Under the pieces are notes generated by a model. It did not search any database, had not been told where the DNA came from, and saw only the letters and a program-made list of their open reading frames with translations. Of a DNA stretch of 64,000 nucleotides, positions 18,718 to 27,531 are shown piece after piece. The stretch's first letter is position 1; each line of letters begins with the position of its first letter. The position numbers and the translations under genes are program-made. Source of the DNA: an uncultured Solirubrobacterales bacterium (GTDB taxonomy: Bacteria; Actinomycetota; Thermoleophilia; Solirubrobacterales; 70-9); assembly GCA_963767475.1 (NCBI GenBank), contig CAVYEI010000002.1:456851-520850 (forward strand), read 5' to 3'.

Positions 18718-19833
18718 ATGAAATGCTGGCGGATGTCTCGTGGGCTTGCGAGTCTGGCGGCGATCGGCGCAGCCGGGGCCCTCCTGGGTGCGATGAGCCC
18801 GGGGGCGAGCGCTGAGGACGAGCATCCGTGTGGCAAGGCGGTCCCGTTCCCGCAGTACGGGCTTGAGCTCCAGCCGTGCCCGATCGGACATTCGCTGCCA
18901 GAGGGCATCCCCGTGTACGCGGAGCCGGTTCCGAGTTCCCCGGGGGGACCGATCCCAGCCCCGCAGGGCTGGCTTCGCAGCACCGAAGGCAAGTACTTCG
19001 AGTGCGACCGTATTTATCCCAACGCCGTCTACTCCCACCCGACGCAGGGGTGGCGCAACATCTGGTGGGCTCGTACGATCAGCGACGAGGGCATCTGGGG
19101 CTGGGTGCCTGAGGTCTTCTTCAGGGGCGGCGACACCTACGAGCCCGACTTCGGCTTGCGCAGCTGTCCCCCGCCCCCCGCTCCCGCCGGGCCTTGCGAC
19201 GGGGTCAGCGCGGACAGCGGGGCCAAAGTTCGCGCCCGATTGCGGGGTGGTCGGCGCATGGCGACCACTCGATATGCGGCGCGTCCGCAGGTCCGTGGTG
19301 TGCTGAAGACAACGACGGGCGAGCCGATCGGTGCGACCGAACTGTGCGTCGTCGAGACCAACTCCCGGGGTCCTGCCGGTCGTACCGTCGCCGGCTCGGT
19401 GATGACCAACGACCGGGGCGAGTTCAAGTACCGAGTGCCGCAAGGCCCGTCCCGGCGCGTCGCGTTCTTGTATCGCTCAGGCTCGATCGCCGCATCCGGC
19501 GCAGTCAAGGTCCGAGTTCGAGCGCCGGTGTCGCTGCGCGCGAAGCCGCACTCGCTCAGGACGGGCGAGACCGTGCGCTTTCGCGGTCGGTTGCGCGGGG
19601 GTACCGGCGTGGCCCGCAGGCTGGTTGAGATGCAGGTTCGTCGCGACGGGCGATGGGAATCCCTGCTCGGCACCACGCGGACCCGCAAGAAGGGCGGCTT
19701 CGGCGACCGCTATCGGTTCCGGTTCTCAGAGGGCGTTCAGCATTACGCGTTTCGGGCACACGTCCCGCCACAGCGGGGCCTTCCTTTCGCCGCCGGATCG
19801 AGCCGGCCGGTGAGGGTGCAGGTCAAGGGATAG
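18718..19833 (+). CDS. Secreted hypothetical protein
   Basis: Signal peptide MKCWRMSRGLASLAAIGAAGALLGAMSPGASA. Cys-containing N-terminal domain. The C-terminal half has a beta-rich pattern (VLKTTTGEPIGATELCVVE...TNDRGEFKYRV) reminiscent of carboxypeptidase-regulatory-like folds. Confidence 0.55.
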   Translation: MKCWRMSRGLASLAAIGAAGALLGAMSPGASAEDEHPCGKAVPFPQYGLELQPCPIGHSLPEGIPVYAEPVPSSPGGPIPAPQGWLRSTEGKYFECDRIYPNAVYSHPTQGWRNIWWARTISDEGIWGWVPEVFFRGGDTYEPDFGLRSCPPPPAPAGPCDGVSADSGAKVRARLRGGRRMATTRYAARPQVRGVLKTTTGEPIGATELCVVETNSRGPAGRTVAGSVMTNDRGEFKYRVPQGPSRRVAFLYRSGSIAASGAVKVRVRAPVSLRAKPHSLRTGETVRFRGRLRGGTGVARRLVEMQVRRDGRWESLLGTTRTRKKGGFGDRYRFRFSEGVQHYAFRAHVPPQRGLPFAAGSSRPVRVQVKG

Positions 19834-19840
19834 AGCCGGA

Positions 19841-20848
19841 TCAGTCGACGTAAAGCTCCAGGAGTGCGCTGCCGCGCGCGGTTCGTTCGACGACCACGTT
19901 TCGCCCGCGGCGAACCCGCAAGATCAGCCCGGCGGACTCGAGCGCGCCGAGCTGATAGCTGGCGGCGCCTGGGGTGGCGAAGATCGCTTCGGCGATGTCG
20001 CCTGCGGTCGCAGACCGGTCGAGACGCATAAGGATCCGCGCCCGCTGGACACCCAGCAAGGCTTCGAGCGAGCCCGGCGCCAGCCGCTCCTCGTCAAACG
20101 CTCGCCATGCGCCGGGGAGGGGGTAGGCCAGCTGGGTCAGCGTATTCGAGTTGTCATCGCTGACCGTGCAGACATCCTCGACCACCAGCGGCGTCACGAG
20201 GAACTCGGTTGCGACGTGCAGGCGCTCCAGCCTTGACACCCGCATTCTCGGTCGCCATTCGTCGCCGACGATCGAGCTGCGCGGATGAAGCGCATCCACG
20301 CACTGCGCGACCGCTCCCAACGCGACGGCGACTCCGACACGCTCAACCTCACGCTCCAGGAGATCCTGTGAGCGCTGCCATATCGGCTCGATCGCCGACC
20401 AGGCGCGTCGCATGGCTTCGGCGTAGTCGCGCAGCCAGCGGCCTGGGTGGCGGAGCACCGGAAGCCATGATTCGAGCGGGCGATCGCCCCAGCCCTCCTC
20501 AACGTCGGCAACGAATGCGTCGACCTCGGCATAGGCGACCGCTTCAAGCTCATCCTCCAGTGTTGAGAGGCCGGGTGTGCAACTCCCCGAGAGCCGGTTG
20601 GGCCAAGTGGTTGTGCCCGGGTCGGCAAGAGGGGCGAGCGTGGCGTAGTCACGCTCGCGCATTCGTGCCCTGACCGCGCTCTTCCATCCCGAGGGTCCTG
20701 CGCCCGCCGCCTCTTCCCTTCCCGCGACCGCTGCCAGAGCGAACATAAACACGGTCGGAAGCGGCGAGATGTTGACTCGAACAGTTGCCGCGTCGAGCTC
20801 GTTCAGCGGGACGTACTCGCGGGCATTCTCAGCGTCACCCGGTGTCAC
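19841..20848 (-). CDS. ArsR-type regulator with long N-terminal domain (DUF5937-like), paralog 3
   Basis: C-terminus reads LEALLGVQRARILMRLDRSATAGDIAEAIFATPGAASYQLGALESAGLILRVRRGRNVVVERT. Confidence 0.7.
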   Translation of the reverse strand: MTPGDAENAREYVPLNELDAATVRVNISPLPTVFMFALAAVAGREEAAGAGPSGWKSAVRARMRERDYATLAPLADPGTTTWPNRLSGSCTPGLSTLEDELEAVAYAEVDAFVADVEEGWGDRPLESWLPVLRHPGRWLRDYAEAMRRAWSAIEPIWQRSQDLLEREVERVGVAVALGAVAQCVDALHPRSSIVGDEWRPRMRVSRLERLHVATEFLVTPLVVEDVCTVSDDNSNTLTQLAYPLPGAWRAFDEERLAPGSLEALLGVQRARILMRLDRSATAGDIAEAIFATPGAASYQLGALESAGLILRVRRGRNVVVERTARGSALLELYVD

Positions 20849-21138
20849 TCAAGCCCTCGCGCCACCCAGCCTGTCTCCTCGAGCGCCAGAAGAGCGGCGC
20901 CAACCATGCCGGCGGAGGTCCCAAGCTCTGCAGCCTTGACCGAGGCCCGAGCGAGCGGCCCAAGCGCACGCTCGCTCTCCGTCGAGGTGGTGTGAGGCCA
21001 AAGCCAGGAGATCTGGTCGATGCTCGCTAACCTGGCCCGATCCGAGGTCTGGACGGCGCCTTGCCTTGGAAAGAGGTAAGCGACTACGTGGCCGTCTTCG
21101 GCCACGGCATTGGTCGGTTCCGCGCCCTGATAAGTCAT
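20845..21138 (-). CDS. Hypothetical protein (97 aa)
   Basis: Its stop overlaps the start of the downstream regulator by 4 nt. No recognisable motif. Confidence 0.35.
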   Translation of the reverse strand: MTYQGAEPTNAVAEDGHVVAYLFPRQGAVQTSDRARLASIDQISWLWPHTTSTESERALGPLARASVKAAELGTSAGMVGAALLALEETGWVARGLE

Positions 21139-21163
21139 CGGGAGCTACTTGGTGAACGCCGCG

Positions 21164-21415
21164 TCATGCGTCCGGGCCTTGGACGCCCCCAAGCGGCCCG
21201 GCTAGGCGAATTCCGCGCGGTTTGCCGTCCGGCCCAATCTCCAGAGATACGAGCTCACCGAGGCCGAGTTGCAGCCACAGACGGCCACGGACGCGGACGT
21301 TCACCCGCCCGCCGTCATCCGTGCGCAAGGACAGCTGCTCGCCGCAGCTGCGTCCGACTACCGTGGCCTCGATCGTGGTCGTGGCATCGACATCGCCTGG
21401 CAACGATCCCGTCAC
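21164..21415 (-). CDS. Hypothetical protein (83 aa)
   Basis: GTG start in a GTGA overlap with the preceding ORF. The composition is beta-rich. Confidence 0.35.
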   Translation of the reverse strand: MTGSLPGDVDATTTIEATVVGRSCGEQLSLRTDDGGRVNVRVRGRLWLQLGLGELVSLEIGPDGKPRGIRLAGPLGGVQGPDA

Positions 21416-21714
21416 ACGGCCAGCCCCAGCGGCTCGGTAAGCAGGGCCCGAACCCGGCCGAGGAACTCGGCGCCGTAGGCCGTCTCGGGGCTGTCGTCCG
21501 ATCCGAGGAGGGACCCCGCCGGCGCTGCATGAGAGACCGGCGCCGGCGGGGTTTCCTCGGTCATCGCAGGAGCTGCGACTCCGGCTTGCGCCGGGCTCGA
21601 CGTCGACGACTCCCCCGAGAGAGGAGAAAGGGGATGGTCCGCCGTCGACGCCGAGCCCGAGGCAAGCCCTTGTTTCAAGACTCGATCGTGCCCGCCCAAG
21701 CCAAGGCCGATCAT
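21412..21714 (-). CDS. Hypothetical Ser/Pro/Ala-rich protein (100 aa)
   Basis: Its ATG overlaps the acs stop codon (ATGA). GC3 is high. Hidden in the ORF track inside the long 21412..22932 reading frame. Confidence 0.3.
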   Translation of the reverse strand: MIGLGLGGHDRVLKQGLASGSASTADHPLSPLSGESSTSSPAQAGVAAPAMTEETPPAPVSHAAPAGSLLGSDDSPETAYGAEFLGRVRALLTEPLGLAV

Positions 21715-23732
21715 TCCTGACCCTCGCTCGCCCGCCGCTTGACCACCTCGTCGAGCTCCTTGACCACGTCGGGATCGCGCAACGTCGTGACGTCGCCCAG
21801 CTCGCGGCCCTCGGCGATGTCGCGAAGCAGCCGGCGCATGATCTTCCCCGAGCGGGTCTTCGGTAGGTCGTCGGCCCAGACGATCCGCTTCGGTCGCGCC
21901 AGCTTGCCGATCTTCAGGGCGACGTGCTCGCGCAGCTCGGCGACCATCTCGTCGTCGCCCGCGAGCTCGCCCTCGAGGGTGACGAAGGCGCAGATCGACT
22001 GGCCGGTGTCCTCGTCGGCTTGGCCGATCACCGCCGCCTCGGCGACCTTCGGGTGGCTGACGATCGCCGATTCGACCTCCGCGGTCGAGAGCCGGTGACC
22101 GGAGACGTTGATCACGTCGTCGACGCGGCCGATCACCCAGAAGTAGTCGTCGGGGTCCTTGCGGGCGGCGTCGCCGACGAAGTACGTCTGCTTGCCGAAC
22201 TTCGAGAAGTAGGTCTCGACGTAGCGCTCGTCCTCCTTGTAGAGCGTGCGCAACATCGCCGGCCACGGGCGGCGCAATGCGAGCAGTCCCTGCTCGTCCG
22301 AGACCTCGTTGCCTTGCTCGTCGAGCACCGCCGCCTCGATCCCCGGCAGCGGCGTGCCGGCCGAGCCGGGCTTCGCGGCCTGGGCGCCGGGAAGCGTCGT
22401 GATCATGATCTGCCCCGTCTCGGTCTGCCACCAGGTGTCGACAACCGGGCAACGCCCGCCGCCGATCACCTTCCAGTACCAAAGCCAGGCCTTCGGGTTG
22501 ATCGGCTCGCCAACGGTGCCCAGCAGGCGCAGCGAGGAGAGATCGTGCTGGTTGGGGTACCTCGCGCCCCACTTCATGCAGGCGCGGATCGCGGTCGGGG
22601 CGGTGTAGAAGATCGTCACGCCGTAGCGCTCGATCAGCTCCCACCAGATGTCCTTGTCGGGATAGTCGGGCCCGCCCTCCCACATCACCGATGTGGCGCC
22701 GTTGAGCAGCGGGCCATAGACGATGTAGGAGTGCCCGGTGACCCAGCCGACGTCGGCGCCGCACCAGTAGACGTCCTGATCGGGCTTCAGGTCGAAGACC
22801 AGCTTGTGGGTCGCCGCGACCCCGGTCAGATACCCCCCGGTCGTGTGCAGGATGCCCTTCGGCTTGGCCGTCGAGCCGGAGGTGTAGAGGATGAAGAGCG
22901 GGTGCTCCGCGTCGAGCTCGGCGGCGGGGCACTCGGCCTCGGCGGCCTCGATCGCCTCGTCGTAGTAGAGGTCGCGGCCCTCGGTCATCGCCACCTCGGC
23001 GCCGGTGTTGCGGACCACGATCACGGTCTCGATCGACGGCACCTCGCCGAGGAACGCGTCGACGGCCGGCTTGATCTCAGCCGCCTTGCCCTTGCGCCGG
23101 GCCGCGTCGACGGTGATCAGCGCCTTGGCCTCGGAGAACTGCATCCGATCCTTGACCGCGTCCGGCGAGAAGCCACCGAAGACGACGTTGTGCGGCGCGC
23201 CGATGCGCGCGCAGGCGAGCATCGCGACGGCGACCTCGGGGATCATCGGCAGGAAGATTCCAACGACGTCGCCGGCCTCGACGCCGCGCTCCTTGAGCAC
23301 GTTCGCGAGCCGCTGCGTGTCGCGAAGCAGGTCGGCGTAGGTGACGTCGCGCTCCTCGCCCTCCTCGCCGCGCCAGTGAAACGCCACCCGGTCTCCGAGG
23401 CCGGCCTCGACGTGGCGGTCGAGGCAGTTGTGCGAGGCGTTGAGCCTGCCGTCGGAGAACCACTTGAAGAACGGCGGGTCGGACTCGTCGAGCCCCTCGG
23501 TGGGCTCGGTGAACCACTCGAGGTCGCCCGCGAGCTTCAGCCACCAGGCATCGGGATCTGCCTTCGCCTGTTCATGGAGCGAGAGGTCCGTGACCAGCGC
23601 GGCCGCGCCGAAGTCCTCGGGCGGCTCGAAGATCTCCTGCTCGAGCAATGTTGTAAGACCGTTGACGGCCTGCGATTGGTCATGGCCAAGCTCCATCAGC
23701 ACTTCGATCCCGGCTGTATCCCCCGGAGACAC
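21711..23732 (-). CDS. acs: Acetyl-CoA synthetase (acetate--CoA ligase)
   Basis: 673 aa. AMP-binding motif LFILYTSGSTAKPKGILHTTGGYL, WWQTETG, and C-terminal PKTRSGKIMRR. The true start may be the internal MELGHD. Confidence 0.9.
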   Translation of the reverse strand: MSPGDTAGIEVLMELGHDQSQAVNGLTTLLEQEIFEPPEDFGAAALVTDLSLHEQAKADPDAWWLKLAGDLEWFTEPTEGLDESDPPFFKWFSDGRLNASHNCLDRHVEAGLGDRVAFHWRGEEGEERDVTYADLLRDTQRLANVLKERGVEAGDVVGIFLPMIPEVAVAMLACARIGAPHNVVFGGFSPDAVKDRMQFSEAKALITVDAARRKGKAAEIKPAVDAFLGEVPSIETVIVVRNTGAEVAMTEGRDLYYDEAIEAAEAECPAAELDAEHPLFILYTSGSTAKPKGILHTTGGYLTGVAATHKLVFDLKPDQDVYWCGADVGWVTGHSYIVYGPLLNGATSVMWEGGPDYPDKDIWWELIERYGVTIFYTAPTAIRACMKWGARYPNQHDLSSLRLLGTVGEPINPKAWLWYWKVIGGGRCPVVDTWWQTETGQIMITTLPGAQAAKPGSAGTPLPGIEAAVLDEQGNEVSDEQGLLALRRPWPAMLRTLYKEDERYVETYFSKFGKQTYFVGDAARKDPDDYFWVIGRVDDVINVSGHRLSTAEVESAIVSHPKVAEAAVIGQADEDTGQSICAFVTLEGELAGDDEMVAELREHVALKIGKLARPKRIVWADDLPKTRSGKIMRRLLRDIAEGRELGDVTTLRDPDVVKELDEVVKRRASEGQE

Positions 23733-23781
23733 GATGCCTCCGCCCGAGAATGCGACGGCTTCGCCACGATGCCACTACTTG

Positions 23782-24681
23782 TCATGGGTGGATCGCTCGC
23801 AAACCTTGCGGCCTCGGCAACTCAAGAGATTGCCGCTGACAGCGCGGCGGTTCGATAGTCGACCCGGATCGGTCATGGCTGGACCCCGAGGCGGTAGTGG
23901 GGGAATGCGATCGGCTCACGTCGAAGCCCAGGGCGGTTGAGATCTCGCCTGCGGTCGTGACCACTCGATCGATCAGCTCTCGTCGCCTCGCGTCGTGAAG
24001 ACGGTCAGCAGCCGCGGCAACGCCGACGGCTGCCAGCGGCACGCGTTCGTGCGAGAACACGGTCGTTGCCACGCAGGTCACTCCGGGCGTGGTGAGTCCC
24101 TCGTCGACCGCATATCCGCGATGGCGGCTTTCGACCAGCGCTCGCTCCAACTCGCCGAGAAGCCGAGGGCCACGCCGGGTGCGCCGCACGAGCTGTTGAT
24201 CCAGCGGAAAGAGGGCTTCGAGATGCGTTCGCGGCAAATGCATGAGAATCGCCCGACCGACCGCCGTTAAGTGAGCTGGCAGTCGCAGCCCGACCTGGCT
24301 GATCAACCGCAGAGGGGCTGACGGTGTTTCTTCCTTTGCGAGATAGAGAACCTCGTTGCCCTGAAGGATCGCCAGGTGGGAGGTCACGCCACATGCGAGC
24401 GAAAGGTCCCGTAGATACGGCCGCCCCAGCCAGGTCAGGGGCTCCCGTCGCAGGTAGGCGGTCCCGAGCGAAAACACTTCCGGCCCGAGCCCCCATGCAT
24501 GCTGGTCGGGGTAGTAGGTAACAAAATCCCGCTCGAGCATTACTTTGAGCAGCTGATAGGTGCTGGATCTCGGCAGACCGCAGCTCCGAGCAATCACCGT
24601 GGCCGGCACGGGGCGCAGCCGCCCCGACAGGAACCGCAGGACGGTCATGACCCGGTCAGCGGAGCGGGCGCCTTCACCCAT
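23782..24681 (-). CDS. IclR family transcriptional regulator
   Basis: N-terminal wHTH RVMTVLRFL...ATVIARSCGLPRSSTYQLLKVMLERDFV, then an IclR effector domain. Confidence 0.8.
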   Translation of the reverse strand: MGEGARSADRVMTVLRFLSGRLRPVPATVIARSCGLPRSSTYQLLKVMLERDFVTYYPDQHAWGLGPEVFSLGTAYLRREPLTWLGRPYLRDLSLACGVTSHLAILQGNEVLYLAKEETPSAPLRLISQVGLRLPAHLTAVGRAILMHLPRTHLEALFPLDQQLVRRTRRGPRLLGELERALVESRHRGYAVDEGLTTPGVTCVATTVFSHERVPLAAVGVAAAADRLHDARRRELIDRVVTTAGEISTALGFDVSRSHSPTTASGSSHDRSGSTIEPPRCQRQSLELPRPQGLRAIHP

Positions 24682-26257
24682 TTGATGCCACCCTTCCCAC
24701 TTGGCGCGAACCGCCGCCTCGTGCTGGCGACTGCGGCGCGATAGCCACTAGTCGTCCAGCCGGGTCGAAACTCACGCGCACGCGTCGACCCGGGGCGAGC
24801 TCGGGCGCCAAGGCCTCGTCGACGCGGAGGGTCGCGGTGCGCCCACCGTCGGTCTTTGTGCAGATCAGCTGACCTTGAACACGCGAAACCACGACGCCGG
24901 CCTCGGTCTCCGTCGGAGGAAACGGAACGACGTTGCCGCGTTCGTCTAGCACGTGGTCGCGGCCATTGCTGACGAACGCGGCGGCGACCGACTGCCCGAG
25001 GGCCACGGCCGAGAGGTGGACCGCCGCCAATCTGAGCACATCCCGGGCGGCGCCAATGCGAAACAGCGATTGCGTCTCGGCCGTTACATCTCCGTCGCCG
25101 GCCCGCAGGACCACGCGTATATCGTCATTCGCCGACAGTCCGGCGACCGCGACAGAGACGTTGGTCCCATCACTCGAGGTAACTGCGGCTAGCGCTCGCG
25201 CGCGACGGATCGACAGACGGCCCAGGAGAAACCGGCTTCCGCCGTGCCCGATCACCACCGGGACCCGGCGGTCCCTTGCAACGCGTACATTCGGAGCCCT
25301 CGGATCGACCTCGACGGCAACAACGGGCACTCCGAGATCACGAAGCGCCAGGCAGAGCCGGAGGCCGACCTGGCCAAGGCCGACGACGACGACATGCTCT
25401 GACCGGGGGATGGTGAGAGAGCCGACGATGCCGCTTAGTCGCGGCTCGAGCAGCCGGTTCACCAGGCCGGCCGTGAAGAGCACCGCACACAGGCCCGCGA
25501 CCAGGATCGCCAAAGAGCTCATCGCCTTAAACCAATCCGGGCCGTCGTCCACGAGCTCGTTGGGACCGATCGTGGCGATTGTTTTGACGGCGCCATAGAA
25601 GGACTCAACGAAGCTGGCGTCAAGCATGAGGACCGCGATCAGCACATCGATGACGAAGACGACGGCTAGGCCGAGGCTCCCGACCACCAGCATGCTCGAG
25701 CCGCTGTCGAGGGGGCGTAACTGCGACTGCATCCAGCGGCGAAGCCGCGCACGACGCGAACGCCCGCGCTCTCGGCGGAGAGTCTCCACGGTCGGGCCGG
25801 CGACACCATCCTCGACGGTGATCTGGCGCCCGGCGGCGTCGACCGTCATCAGGCAAGAGCCCGGCTTGAGGCAGGCAGCCACAAGGCTCGGGGCTGCGGC
25901 ATCCGCCATCGAGATGACCCGGCAGTCCGGCACGGCCCGGGCCAGCTGTGACGCGACTGTCCGCCCGAACATCGTCACGATCAAGCGCAGTCCCGGCCGC
26001 AAATGCTCGACGAGCAGGGCCATTCGAAGGGCCTCGATGTCGTCACGGGAAACGAGGATCACCGCACGAAAGTCCGAACGCACGGCCGTTCGCAATTCGC
26101 GGTCCGTCGGCGCACGCAGCCTGAGGACCTCGGCTCCAGCGGTCCCGAGGGTGGCTTCCAGCGCCTGCGCCAGGTCGCCTCTTCCGACCACGAGGATCGG
26201 GCGGTCGTCGTCCTCGGCGTCCTGCCAGTCGCCGGCGGCCGCCGCCGGCCGGTCCAT
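24674..26257 (-). CDS. Ion-channel-like membrane protein with RCK/TrkA-N domains
   Basis: Start taken at MDRPAAAAG, 14 nt after the upstream stop. Two TM helices flank TIATIGPNE. NAD-type fold VVVVGLGQVGLRLCLALRDLG. Confidence 0.65.
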   Translation of the reverse strand: MDRPAAAAGDWQDAEDDDRPILVVGRGDLAQALEATLGTAGAEVLRLRAPTDRELRTAVRSDFRAVILVSRDDIEALRMALLVEHLRPGLRLIVTMFGRTVASQLARAVPDCRVISMADAAAPSLVAACLKPGSCLMTVDAAGRQITVEDGVAGPTVETLRRERGRSRRARLRRWMQSQLRPLDSGSSMLVVGSLGLAVVFVIDVLIAVLMLDASFVESFYGAVKTIATIGPNELVDDGPDWFKAMSSLAILVAGLCAVLFTAGLVNRLLEPRLSGIVGSLTIPRSEHVVVVGLGQVGLRLCLALRDLGVPVVAVEVDPRAPNVRVARDRRVPVVIGHGGSRFLLGRLSIRRARALAAVTSSDGTNVSVAVAGLSANDDIRVVLRAGDGDVTAETQSLFRIGAARDVLRLAAVHLSAVALGQSVAAAFVSNGRDHVLDERGNVVPFPPTETEAGVVVSRVQGQLICTKTDGGRTATLRVDEALAPELAPGRRVRVSFDPAGRLVAIAPQSPARGGGSRQVGRVASNG

Positions 26258-26271
26258 GGAATCTGTGTCCG

Positions 26272-27531
26272 CTAGGCCCGAAACCGCCACGCCGCGTCCT
26301 CCCGGACGTAATGGGGGCTGCCGTCGACGAACGCCGCTACGACAGGGCTGCGGCCGATCAGACTCGCCGTGCTCTCCAGAGGACCATCCAGAACTGTCAG
26401 GTCGGCTCGCTTCCCGGCTTCGATGCTGCCGCGCACCCGCGATTGCCCCAGAACCCACGCACCGTTGAGCGTGGCGGCCGCCAGCGCCTGCTTTGGACTC
26501 CATCCGTACCGGTGGATCGCGAGAGCGACCGCCAAGGGCATCGTCGCGATCGAGGGTTGATCGGGCGCGAAGTCAGTGGCCACCGCGGCGATTGCGGCCG
26601 AGCCGGCCAGCAGGCGCCCCATCGACTCGCCAACCGTATCGGCGCGAAATAGCTCGCTTCCAGGCGCGAGCACGGCTGCGCAATCGTTTTCGGCGAGCCG
26701 CTGGAGATCGCCGCATCCGATGAAAGCTGCGCCGTCGATGGCTCGCGCCCCGGCGGTCAGCGCGGTGGGTATCGCGCGGGAGTTTGCAGCCCGGCAGCGC
26801 AGACGCAGCCCGAGATCAGTCGCCAGTCGGCCCAAACGGTCAGCCTGGAAGCTCGCGATCGGCGACGCCAGATCGAGTTCGACGGCGTTGACTTGCGGCG
26901 ACACGTTCCGCAGCACGGCGGCAACGTGCTGAGCCCAGGAGCCCGAGGTCGCGGGCTCCGATACGACATCGCTCAACACGGCCGTTGCAACAGCGGTGAT
27001 CGGCGGACCGCTTCCGCTGGGTGCAACGGTCGCGCCCGGCGATGAATCGGGCCCGGCCCATTCCCCGAGTTGGCCAGCGAGGGCCGTGGTACCGGACCTG
27101 AGCATTTGCTCGAGCACGCGGCGGGCAGACCTGGACACGGCGGGCACCGGGCGACCGGTCGTCGGGGCGCCGGCAGCCGAGGCGGGTTGCCCGTTGGCCG
27201 ACCCCCGCACACTCCAGGCCGACAGTGGGATACGAGTACGAGGATCGACGAATCCGGGGATGACCGTGCAACCGCTCGCATCCATCCGCAACTCGGCTTC
27301 TGGAGTCGGCTCGAGCGCCGAGATCATCGTCGAGGCGATGCTGATCGATGATGGCGTCAGTCGCTGTCGGTCAGCCTCGTCGAGACGCACGTAAGGCCGG
27401 CCGGGCTGGTCTGGAAGCAGGACCGCCGCGGCGCGATTGATCCAGACGCTCCGAGCCCCAGCAAGCTGCGAAGTATCGAACCGCTGCGACCGAGATTTCG
27501 ATCTCGCCGCCCGAGCCTCGAAGCCGTTCAT
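26272..27531 (-). CDS. Amidohydrolase-superfamily protein, HutI-like but lacking metal ligands
   Basis: 419 aa. [12 protein letters not shown] replaces the HxH motif (FVDSHTHL in the bona fide hutI at 37682..38851). The C-terminal [15 protein letters not shown] motif is conserved. ATGA overlap with the hutU stop. Confidence 0.6.
   Translation of the reverse strand: MNGFEARAARSKSRSQRFDTSQLAGARSVWINRAAAVLLPDQPGRPYVRLDEADRQRLTPSSISIASTMISALEPTPEAELRMDASGCTVIPGFVDPRTRIPLSAWSVRGSANGQPASAAGAPTTGRPVPAVSRSARRVLEQMLRSGTTALAGQLGEWAGPDSSPGATVAPSGSGPPITAVATAVLSDVVSEPATSGSWAQHVAAVLRNVSPQVNAVELDLASPIASFQADRLGRLATDLGLRLRCRAANSRAIPTALTAGARAIDGAAFIGCGDLQRLAENDCAAVLAPGSELFRADTVGESMGRLLAGSAAIAAVATDFAPDQPSIATMPLAVALAIHRYGWSPKQALAAATLNGAWVLGQSRVRGSIEAGKRADLTVLDGPLESTASLIGRSPVVAAFVDGSPHYVREDAAWRFRA

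Noticed and set aside
21924-23858. 644-aa plus-strand ORF opposite acs. Similar long antisense or out-of-frame ORFs occur at 30696..32015, 31918..33222, 35481..36380, 40915..42060, 55581..56459 and 60545..62008.
   Set aside because: These are typical high-GC shadow ORFs. They are Arg/Gly/Asp-rich and low-complexity, have no SD, and each is fully overlapped by a gene with clear family motifs on the other strand.
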